This document shows, in pieces, positions 1 through 11,516 of a stretch of 64,000 nucleotides of DNA (positions are counted from its first letter, which is position 1; each line of letters begins with the position of its first letter). Position numbers and translations under genes: made by a program. The notes under the pieces are model-generated. The model saw only the letters and a program-made list of their open reading frames with translations, was not told the origin of the DNA and searched no databases. This DNA comes from Adineta vaga (taxonomy: Eukaryota > Animalia > Rotifera): the NCBI GenBank assembly GCA_021613535.1, contig CP075492.1, forward strand, positions 20,212,001 to 20,276,000, read 5' to 3'.

Positions 1-766
1 AGACCATTTAACTACTTACCTGACTTTTCGGTAGCAATCTCGACCAAATTTTCAATAGTTCTATCGAGCCATGGAATGGTTGTGCCAGTCATAGTGAATA
101 GTATAGTAAAACGAATAAGCAATAGATTATGATTGCTTTAAACGATAAATTCATTTACATATAAACGCATATTCTTAGGAAAATGTCATGTTCTAATTGG
201 TATTTTCCCGACAAAATGATTATGAAAATTTTATAACTCATCAATGGATTTCTCCATCTGACTCATTTTGCAAGAGTAATCCAATAGAAAATAAAAGAAG
301 GATTTCTTTCTTGTTGTTTTTGTCAAACACCCTGCATAATGTAGCTCTGACTCAAAGGAATGAGCGCTAAAGAGAGAACAAATTGCAATGAAAATGTGCA
401 ATTATTCATCCAATGATTACCAAAAACAAATACATCGAATCAATATCTATTGATATTCGTCATTGATGCGATTGACAAAAAGGAAAAAAACAACAAATAT
501 CGTTTATGTCATAAAGCATGGATTGCATCACAAATGATGATAACAAAAATGCAAGGCCTCGAGGAAACATCCAATATCTTTCTATTGTTTATTTAAGTAG
601 AGACCAACAAGAAGCCATCGAATTTACCTAAATGCATTTGTATATCCGAGTTTTGAAAAAAGAAAATTCCAATCAATATTGTGCCTATTTATACCAATCG
701 TTAATCTGATTATAACCAAGCAAAATCAACTAACTGCTATTTCTAATTATACAATCCAACTACAAT

Positions 767-1932
767 ATGACTCAAGCTTCGACTACATGGGCTGATGTAG
801 AATATGCAAAAGCAAGAGAACCTATAATGGCACGACAACGTAAGCAAGTAAACTTTCTTAATTTTAGATCATTTTAGTCATAGAATCAGATTTTAAATCA
901 CTTGTACTTAAACGAGTTTTCTTCATAGTTAAGGAGAGACGTGAGGATATATTCTTCGTTCTTAAATTTGATTACATTGAAGGAACTAAATCGATTCTAT
1001 AATGCAGCTGACTCATTTGATGCAACACTATTATCAAATATGAAAAATAATAAGTGAGAAAAAATTGCATGATTTTTTTTCCTCCTTATTCAATGTATAA
1101 TCAAGAGTATAGTTGCATTTTGATAAAGTATGATATATGAAAAATGTAAACGTAGAAGAAATATTCTAAATTTTCCAGAAAAATGTTCGCAATAAAAACA
1201 AATTCTATTTTGTTCATTATTCTTCATAGGTCCCGATCAAGCTGATATGGTTGAGAAAATACTCGTAGAATTGCATCGGTATTATCATCAACATAGTGAT
1301 TTACTTCAAGATTTTGAACGTTTTAATGATAATATCAAAAGAATGAATATCGCTTGTTTCGAGACTCTTGCTGCAGAAGATAAGGGTTTAACAGATACTC
1401 TCATTGAATTAGCAAAGAAAACTGAACCGGTTGTATTGCCAGACAATAGCTTTGCTTTCTTCGGTTTGACATCAACCGGCAAGTCAAGTATACTCAATGG
1501 GATTCTACGAAAACAAGTAGCTGAAACAGGTTACGGTGAAACGACAACAGAAATAAGACCATATTACGGTACAAATTTTTTCATTTGGGATATTCCCGGT
1601 AAAAATGATGAGGTATCATATATGACAATATCATCTATATCATTCTGGAAGGGGCTAAAAGAACGTCTCATTGTTATTGAATCGACATTGAAGGAAAATT
1701 GCAGCATGATGAAATTAATGGATGCTATTGGATTACATTATGATATTGTAGTCAACAAGTTTGATATCATCAATCCAGAGCAACAACAAAAACTTCGTCA
1801 AAAAATCCAGGATGAAATAGTCGCACTCGGTTTGAAAAGAGTCGATCATGTATTTTTCATTAGTGCACATTATCCAGACAAGTTTCCTGACTGGGAAAAA
1901 TGGTTAATTATTTGACAAATCTAAGCAAATAA
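767..1932 (+). CDS. IRG/IIGP-like P-loop GTPase A, copy 1 (1-nt deletion in an A-run near the C-terminus relative to copies 2 and 3)
   Basis: G1 GLTSTGKS, G2 ETTT, G3 WDIPG, G4 NKFD, G5 SAH. The AETGYGETT...WDIPG context resembles immunity-related GTPases. Predicted exon 1 767-839 (donor gtaagc) joins in frame to the acceptor ending at 1229. The main exon contains ORF 1247-1915. Confidence 0.8.
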
Positions 1933-2054
1933 ACATAAGTGTTTTCATTTTAATGTATTCCCTTTTTTTGCAATACATTTTTGAAAAATAAAAAGAACTC
2001 ATACATCTTTAAGAGGATACTCAAGAAAATACTAGTCATCATACATTCGATAAT

Positions 2055-3771
2055 TTGTTTATTCCCTCGACTGTAGAGAGGGTCATATGAAAAAAATAGT
2101 TTGTTTCTGTGTGGGTCAGGGGTCATAGGTGAAAAAAACATCGAAAACTGGTTTTTACCAAAAGTGATTCTATGAGGTTTGCCGGTGTCGTGAAGATGAA
2201 ACCAGCTAAGTTAAAGCAGTGATGCAGGGTAGATAGGAGTAATGGTACAAGTCCTTGGGATCAGCAAAACGTCGAAGTTTCGTATCCGACAAAAGTGACT
2301 GCTGGAGGTTTGTTCAGTCGGGCAACGAAAACTAATGGATGTTGTATTCTGAGGCGATGTGAAGCAGTGGCGTATCCAGGATTTTTGGAGCACGGACAAC
2401 TCTCTGCTTAAACTCAATTGAAAACGGGGCATGCGTGGTCAGTTCAAAATCTCACTAGGCAATAGTTTGTCTTCTCTTTCGATCACAAGCCGGAAATGTC
2501 AAAACAGGACACTGCGGCGCAGAAAATTTCCCGCTAAAAGCTCAAACTGACGACCAGAAGAAAGCTCTTACCCCTCCCTAGATCTCGTGTTGGTTTACAC
2601 AGAACCGTTTGCATTCCTCAAGCTAACACCTTGCTAGTAGCTTTAACTATTTGTCAGCGCTAGGAATACCAGTTTCTCCACTGAGACTTCGAGCAATAAA
2701 TTTCAAGAGACTGTTGAGTGGCGGTGGTTGGAATGTGTGAGAGTGGATGAAGATGGGTGGGCGTGGGTGAAAATAGCTAGGGCTGGGTAGAAATGGGTGG
2801 GGTAGGTGAAAATAGATGGGATCGTGGAATTCGGTTGATGCAGGCGAAAATTGGTATCAGTGGGTGAAAGTCGTAGGATGTTGGTAACTGTGGCCGCAGA
2901 GTTGGATGGGGATGTGGTTCTGGTGTGAATATTCCCTCGACTCTAAGGGAGTCATATCACAAAATAGTTTGTGTGTCTGTGTCAAGGTGAAATGTTAGGA
3001 GCACTTCCACTAGTAAGGTGTGGTTGAAATGGGTGGGAGTGAGTGAAACACTCTGGATGAGGGTGTGGGTGACACTTCAGGGGTGTGGGTAGGGATGGTG
3101 TGGTTACATATAGGAGAGAGTGGATGAAATAGCTTCGAGATGGTTTTGATGGATAGAAATGGGTGAGAATGGGTGGACTGGGTGGGCATTGGTGAAAATG
3201 GTTGGGATGAGTGGGGTTGTGAGAAAGCGGGTGAAAGTCGGTGAGTGTGGGCGAAAAGGGGTTGAGATAGAATCGGGTGTGTGAGTAAGAGTGTGTAAGG
3301 ATCCCAGGTTAGCAAAGATGTGTTTGAAGTGAGGTAATCCTCGTGGTGCAAGAGCCGAGTAGAAATATCTGGGGACTCTGATAGGTGAGGAAACTGACTA
3401 ACGCGATTTGGGTGGGGCGTTGCGCAGTGATTAGTAGGACACTGGATGGTGGTAGTGAATACTGATCCGAGATTATTAACTGTGTCCTTACAGAGGAGGT
3501 GCGGTTTGAATGGTCTTGACCGAGTAGAAACAGAACTCGATCGATATTGGGCGAACTTTGGATATGAAGAAGTGTATAATGAGAGTTGAGTCGCCTTTAC
3601 AGGCGGTTTGCAGTGACTCTCATCTGGAAAAAGGGTCTGTGCCGCGTTTATTCGTTTGAGGAAGTGGATATCTGATGGCGTTTGTGTGAGTTGGCGAAGA
3701 AAACAAAAGAAACCGTATATCTGCCTCCACAGTCGAGGGTGAAGTGAGTCGAGACGACGAACGTTACTTGT
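2055..3771 (+). mobile_element. Non-autonomous Helentron-type element (HINE/DINE-1-like); also at ~15775-17495 and ~29582-31298
   Basis: Subterminal inverted repeat ccctcgactg (2064) / cagtcgaggg (3730), T-rich start, GT microsatellite after the 5' end, 3' end gaacgttacttgt. A second 5' end sits internally at ~2930. The same termini occur at 58178-59664. Confidence 0.7.
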
Positions 3772-4066
3772 AGCTAGAATGCCTCAGAAATATTCAAAGA
3801 TTATTATAAAAGAAGTTTCCAATTCTATGCTATGTCTACAACATTAGAGAGGCAGTAGTTATCTTCTTTTGGTGACAATGCATTCTGTGACTGATCTTGC
3901 AGAAGATTTTGAAAATGTAAAAATGAATTTCTAAGTTTATTCATTTGAAAGAGATGGTATATATTCTTGTTCGTTACAATTATTTTGTTCACTGGAATTT
4001 ACCAAAATATTTCTCTGTTTCTATCTCTTGCTCTCTTTACAACGAAACTTCAGCTATCTTCACAAT

Positions 4067-4115
4067 GAGCCATGTTCACAATTCGCTTATAAGCCATCCG
4101 ACAGCAAAACTGTGC

Positions 4116-4152
<37 letters not shown>

Positions 4153-4778
4153 ACTACTATATGCGGCTTATCTCTCTTCATCTTTTTCTTCGACTGTAGA
4201 GAAAGAAGATGCTCATGGTTACCAAATAATAACGTCATTCTCTTTTTATCTTCTATTATCTTTGATCTATTCTCTTCCTTCCGAATCAATGAACATAGAC
4301 AAACTTGTTGCAGAAAATAGGAAATAATCACGATTTATCATATCATTCTTACTGATAAGTTGCAGTTGTTCTTGTGAGAAAAGTCTCGAGTCAACTACGG
4401 CTGGAAGTAGATTTATCAATATTAACAAATTCAAACATACTAGAACGACAATCACATTCTTATTTATTTCAAACATAGCTCAAAAACTCCTCTAAGAAAT
4501 AAACATCATATACAGTAAAAAACTAGCTATGAATCGTGATCATCTTGAGTAAAGAAACTATTCATCTATTTACTTTTTATATGATTGAAAAAATAAAAAT
4601 CATCATTTTCCTATTTTCTGCAACAAGTTTGTCTATGTTCATTGATTCGGAAGGAAGAGAATAGATCAAAGATAATAGAAGATAAAAAGAGAATGACGTT
4701 ATTATTTGGTAACCATGAGCATCTTCTTTCTCTACAGTCGAAGAAAAAGATGAAGAGAGATAAGCCGCATATAGTAGT

Positions 4779-4817
<39 letters not shown>

Positions 4818-4866
4818 GCACAGTTTTGCTGTCGGATGGCTTATAAGCGATTGGTAAACATGGCTC
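4067..4866. mobile_element. 800-bp non-autonomous element with ~258-bp TIRs and apparent AT target duplication (also 17791-18595, 31594-32387)
   Basis: 4067-4324 is the reverse complement of ~4606-4866 (gagcc...ggctc). AT flanks both sides. It interrupts the 88-bp repeat. Confidence 0.8.
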
Positions 4867-5036
4867 ATTATTGTGTCGGCTGGAGTTTACCTAAATATTT
4901 CTTTCTTTCTACCTTTTTCCTTCCTTACAACGAAACTTGACTCATCCTCACACGATTATTGTGTTGACTGGAAGTTACCAGAATATTTGTCTCTTTTTAC
5001 CTTTTTCTCTCTTTCCAACGAAACTTGATTTGTCGT

Positions 5037-5354
5037 TGTTACAGCCACAGCCAATACACACACACACTCTCTCTCTCTCTCTCTCTCTTGTCGTGTTCTC
5101 TCTCTCTTGTCGTGTTCTCTCTCTCTTGTTCTCGGTGATATCTTTCCCTCGTTGTCTTTGTTCAAGGTGATATCATCTCGGATGATATCATCCCTCTTTC
5201 TCTCCGTCGAGTATATAAACATGTGTGTTTTCCACTCAGGTTCGGTTCGATCTGTCCTCTCTTTTCTTTTAAATAAAGGTATCGGTCGGGCCTCGCTCGT
5301 TCTCTCCACAACATCACGTCTCTCTCGTTCCGCTCTCCCATGACCACTCTAATA
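5037..5354. mobile_element. Solo LTR
   Basis: tgttaca...ctaata ends, 5-bp TSD GTCGT (5032-5036 / 5355-5359). Shares the gatgatatcat motif with the LTRs at 8245 and 40685. Confidence 0.7.
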
Positions 5355-5598
5355 GTCGTCACAATGATTTTGTTGTCTGGAATTTACCAAAGTATTTGTC
5401 CCTTTTTACCTTTTTCTCTGTCGAAACGGTAGTGAAATTACAAAACAATGATGGTATAAAATACGTTGATTTTGCTTCCGAACACTCATTCGAAGCATTC
5501 TTCTGCCTCGTACACACGAAACAGCAAGGCAATGTAAGTAGATAAATAGAATTCATTGACTTTCTTAATTCTATAATAATATTTTAATTCTAGAAACA

Positions 5599-5802
5599 AT
5601 GTTCACACAAAAGTTTGCAATAATAATCTTTTTCCTATTATCGATTTCGTTAGTCTCAGATGCTGGGCCTGCAGCCTACATGGCGTGTCTTATTAGCTGT
5701 TCTGCCACATGCTCATCAACAACGCTATTTTATGGTAGCCCAGCATGTCTTGCAGCATGCACATCAGCGTGTTCACCATTATTGGCTGTTCCAGTACTAT
5801 AA
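5599..5802 (+). CDS. Small secreted cysteine-rich peptide P1 (signal peptide + GPAAY...CX3CX3C-X11-CX3CX3C...PLLAVPVL), copy 1
   Basis: Hydrophobic signal peptide ending SDA|G, 6 regularly spaced Cys, TATA-like tataaaa at ~5455, 5'UTR intron 5534-5593 (gtaagt...ag). Clear paralog P2 nearby. Confidence 0.82.
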   Translation: MFTQKFAIIIFFLLSISLVSDAGPAAYMACLISCSATCSSTTLFYGSPACLAACTSACSPLLAVPVL

Positions 5803-6736
5803 CTGAATTTAAATAACAACTATTCTATTCCTTATTTATTATGCTTGCTTTCTCTTTAAAATATTCTATTAACAATCATTTTAATCCTGATTTTTAATTC
5901 TTGGTTTTTGTTTAAAATAAAAAGCAATTGCAAAAAGCCACGGGTTGTCCGCTAGTAACACACTCACGTTCCGACAACTTTATATTCGAATTTTTGCAAA
6001 ACAACTGAACATAGAGTCGCAATATTGTGTGCATAGATGTATCTTTTTAAGCTCATTAATGCGTAACAGTTTCATCTCAATTTGACTTAATAGTTTATGT
6101 TTCATAAGAAAAATACATGCCAGTAACGCAGTCATCCAAACGACCCTCTTTTTTTCGACTGGATGAAAAAAGACTAAAAGAAAAAGTGCCGAAAGAATAA
6201 GTGTAGAAAAAAAACTGTGTGGAAAAGAAAATATAGAAGAGGAAAAATATCGAATATTAAAACATCTAAATAAGACTTGATATATATATATATATATAAA
6301 GTGATAAATTTGATTACATAGATGAAAAGTAACTATAAAAGATAATAAAAACTGAGACGAAATGTCAGTTCACATAAATTAGAAAGTTCGCTAATTCGCC
6401 ATCCACCTCTCCTGAGAAGCGAGCGTATATATATTTAAATCAAAAGCGGAAAGAACCCATGAACGATAGGAACAATCCAACTACACATATGTTAACATAC
6501 AGAAAGAAGGGAAAGAAAGAAAGGAAAAGAAAAGAAAACACATGGAAATGTCCATATGATCGAAGGACATGAAGAACATAACATACATCCTAACACATAC
6601 GATAATGATTGTTCATTTTCTTTTTGATTTAATATTTTTAGAAAAAATAACATAAAATAATCCATCGAGAAGTTCGTTAGTATTAATACCATCATTATTA
6701 TACTGAATATATAAAGTATCAATTCAATGTTGAATA

Positions 6737-7385
6737 CAGTGTTGCCACCTTTTGCCCTCGAAAAGCAAAAATGATCTGTAAAAAGCAGAAAATGACAGAG
6801 TTTCAATTGTTAAAGAGCAGAAGAAAAGAGAAAGTGTTTTTTAATGTCAAACTATGGTTTAAGCTCAGCTATAATAAAATAATAAGAAAGTTTAGCATTA
6901 TATTTTATATTCTAGTGCACAAAATCAAAAAAACGACATTAAACAGATAAATGCATTTATTAAACATTTTTCTTAAACATATATTTTTTATCTGACCTTA
7001 ATAGCTTTCAATATATCCTGGTTCGATAATATATACTTGTACATATTAGTACATTTTCAAGTAGCATTCAAACATATTTTTAATTCAGCTGACACTAATT
7101 CTTTTGTTATACAGTTCCGCTTGTCATTTACTAAATATTGCATTTGTGAAAATACAGATTCAACATAAGTATTACCGCAACGTAATGAAAATAAAAAACA
7201 TAAGAGTTTTTAAAATTTGGTGATAGAGTAAGAGAAAGTAATAACATCCAGAGTTGATCAGATCTTACAATCTGACTTTGTATTAAATGATTATTTTGAC
7301 AAAAAGATCGGTTAAAATATTGAGAGTTTTCATTGAAAACATAAAAGATAAAAAAATCCGAAAAGTAGAAGAGGTGGCAACACTG
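6737..7385. mobile_element. MITE-like element with 14-bp TIR cagtgttgccacct
   Basis: Perfect TIR pair at 6737 and 7372-7385. No TSD recognisable. Confidence 0.5.
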
Positions 7386-7801
7386 CTCACACTCTCAACT
7401 TGAGAGTGTGAGTGTAGGTGTGAGGAGAGGGAGGAAGCTGTGGGTATGTGTCTTTTCTCTATATTTCATTGACGTTCACCCCACGTTGTACTTCTTTTAT
7501 TTAGTTTTGCGTTGTTTCATTGTCTCACACTATTATCTCTGTAAAACTTTGTTACTTTCTTCTCACAGCATCAGAAGATGAATTGACTATGTTTTTCTTT
7601 AAGTTTCGTCTGATATTTTCATATTTTCATCTATCCTCCTGTCTTTACTGTTGTGATTTTGCATATTCATTTTTAAATACCAGTAAATTCCAATATACAT
7701 TTCGTGATTTATTAAACAAATAAATAAAAATCTTAAAACAACATGTGTTCTTCTTCTCGATTAATCTTTTATATAAAGATATATTGAAAGTATTGTCTGA
7801 G

Positions 7802-8008
7802 TTACCAAAAAGTCATCATGGTGTTGGAGCTGATAAAAGCGGTGCACATATTTCTCGAACAGCCTGCAGTGCCTAGTGTCACTCCCCAAAACGAGGCACC
7901 TGCCGTGCATGCTGCCATACATGATGAATATGCTGCTGGACCGGCATTTGCAACTGCTATAGATCCAATTAATAGAATTAGTATGATATTTCGAAGAACG
8001 AAGTTCAT
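7802..8008 (-). CDS. Small secreted cysteine-rich peptide P2, copy 1 (1-nt insertion alters the C-terminus; possibly a sequencing error)
   Basis: Signal peptide ending ANA|GPAAY. Copies 2 and 3 give CX3C-X15-CX3C-APLLSAPTP. Predicted 5'UTR intron 8109-8018 and tataaata at ~8191-8184. Confidence 0.75.
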   Translation of the reverse strand: MNFVLRNIILILLIGSIAVANAGPAAYSSCMAACTAGASFWGVTLGTAGCSRNMCTAFISSNTMMTFW

Positions 8009-8244
8009 TTTCAGTATCTAAATAAAATAATAAATCAATATTCTTCTCATCCTCATCTTCACTTCAATGTCTCCTTTTTTCCACATAAAAAGTTTTGTAA
8101 ATATATTACCTTTTCTGATGGTTAGCTTGTCGATGTCTAAAACACTTTAGTTAGTATGAATTTAAATAAATAGAAAGTCGTAGTATTTATATATTCTTCA
8201 CCTAATGTAGTTGTATACTTTGTAAAAACCAGCGTATTACTCAT

Positions 8245-8535
8245 GGTTAGGGATTTATCCCTGAACGTGAGAGAAGGGAAAGAAAAAGAAATAATGTTCG
8301 ATGCGGTTCTTTATTCGTAAATCAAACACAAGTTACATCGAGAGAGAGAGAGAGAGAGAAAGAAAAGAGAGAAGAGACCGACCACAAGATGGAAATTCAC
8401 ACATGTTTATATACAGAGAGAAAGACAAAGCGGTAGACGAGATGATATCTAATGATATCATCTTACAATGGATAAAGAGAAACACGACTGAGAGAAGAAA
8501 AAGATAGAATAGTCCAAGGGTTTCGTCCCGTAACA
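8245..8535. mobile_element. Solo LTR
   Basis: ggttagggatttatccc...cccgtaaca with 5-bp TSD CTCAT. Related to 40685-40961. Confidence 0.75.
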
Positions 8536-8574
8536 CTCATTAAGAATAAATTGTTCCCAACAATGTATCATTAA

Positions 8575-10130
<1,556 letters not shown>

Positions 10131-10330
10131 TTAAGAACATAATAATTAACAGAAAGAAAAAAAAGAAATATCATAATGTTCTTTAAATCTAGACATTATA
10201 AGTAAATACTATTTTTGATCTTTTATTTTCTTAGTTATCAATCTTCTTCAAAAGTTAAGAAGTAATCAAACTATGTTCTGTAATTATATAATTAAAAGTC
10301 AAAATAATGTCACATTTAGTTAATTAATAT

Positions 10331-11107
10331 CTATGATTTCACTAAATATTTAACCATTTTACGCCAATCGTATCTACCAGGATATCTTGCACTTACAAAG
10401 AACACATGATCTACTCTTTTAAGACCAAGTTCGTTTATTTCTTTGTCAATTTGCTTGTGTAGTTTTGGTTTTTCTTCTTCAGAGACCATGTCATAGTGAT
10501 TGACCACAATAGCATAGTGTAATTTAATATCACCCATTAATTTCATTAGACTTGAATTTTCTTTCACTGTATGTTTAATAATAATAAGACGTCGTTGAAG
10601 TCCTTTCAAGAAGGATATATATTGCATAGACATATACGACACTTCATCATTTGCGCCAGGCACATCCCAAATAACAAAACCGATACGCTCATATGGTGTC
10701 AGTTTGGTCGTTGTTTCACTGTAGCCGGTTTCAGCTACATTTTCTCCAAGAAGACTGTTGAGCATAGTCGATTTGCCTGTTGATGTTAAACCGAAAAGAG
10801 CAATATGATTGCCTGTCATTTCGATTGGTTTAACTTCTCTAGATAATTCAGTAATAGTATCGGCCACTTTTGGTTTTGTTTGAGTTAGACTTTCATATGA
10901 GTTGGTTTGTATTTCTCTCAGTCTTGTCATAATGTCTGGGTCACGATTCAGTATCGCTTCATGCTCTGTAGCATATTTGGTCAGATACTTTAAAAGATTT
11001 TGAATTAAATAACCTAGAATAACACATCAAACTATAATATTTTGTAAAGTTTTAGTATACTCAACTTTCAAAGCTACATTTTATCGAAAATTTCCGTTAC
11101 TTGCCAT
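10331..11107 (-). CDS. IRG/IIGP-like GTPase B (paralog of A), copy 1
   Basis: GLTSTGKS, ETTT, WDVPG, atypical G4 NHYD, SAR. The frame is open up to an acceptor (exon starts at 11013). Tentative exon 1 is ATGGCAA at 11107-11101 with donor gtaacg. Confidence 0.82.
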
Positions 11108-11516
11108 GGTTTTTGAAAACAAAAGAAAAACACACTAAGACAAGTCACATCTATTTTATGATGTAGAATGAAGTTCTTTTGTGAAACACAAACTGAAAAG
11201 AATGTAGAAATGTATGGAGAAGAAATTTTGAACTCAACACTGCCTTCCTCTTCCCACAGACGAAACAGACAATATTAATTAGTGTTTAACTAATATTTAA
11301 CAAATTTTCATTGGTGGTTAATAAATATCAAGCTAATAATAAAAAATGAAATGGAATTATGAGCGCAGACCGCTATCGACAAGACTTTAGCCACATATGT
11401 AGTATTTGCTGCGGAACTACTATAAAAAATGGCTCACGTTAAGAGAAACACTATTGATGACCTTTCGAAATTTATCGTAATCTTTTATAATATCTTGTCT
11501 ATAATCACGAATATAT

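Larger units (their letters stand above)
3977..5430 (+). repeat. Four degenerate ~88-bp direct repeats upstream of P1, split by two TE insertions
   Basis: Core ctggaRKTTACC..aatattt...aacgaaac at ~3992, 4880, 4968 and 5377. Removing the 4067-4866 and 5037-5354 insertions restores a contiguous tandem. Confidence 0.75.

Noticed and set aside
1900-1932. Copy-1 frameshifts in GTPase A and in P2 (~7851) as real diversification
   Set aside because: Both are single-base homopolymer indels absent from the other two copies, more likely sequencing error.
2720-3350. Telomeric repeat tract or His/Pro-rich ORF 3010-3351
   Set aside because: There is no regular tandem period, only scattered GGGTG words inside a TE. 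The ORF reflects base skew.
3945-5362. RERERE / SLSLSL ORFs
   Set aside because: They arise from (GA)n tracts in TIRs and LTRs, and their frames change between array copies.
3977-5430. Interspaced repeats as a CRISPR-like array
   Set aside because: The repeats are 88 bp and degenerate, the 'spacers' are TE insertions with TSDs, there are no cas genes, and the context is eukaryotic.
5599-5802. P1 as a bacterial sactipeptide/RiPP precursor
   Set aside because: The CX3CX3C spacing is similar, but there is no radical-SAM or other maturase. It has a eukaryotic signal peptide and an intron.
5935-5956. gccacgggttgtccgctagt as a Helitron 3' end
   Set aside because: It resembles the motif, but there is no hairpin partner or 5' end, and it is too short to support.
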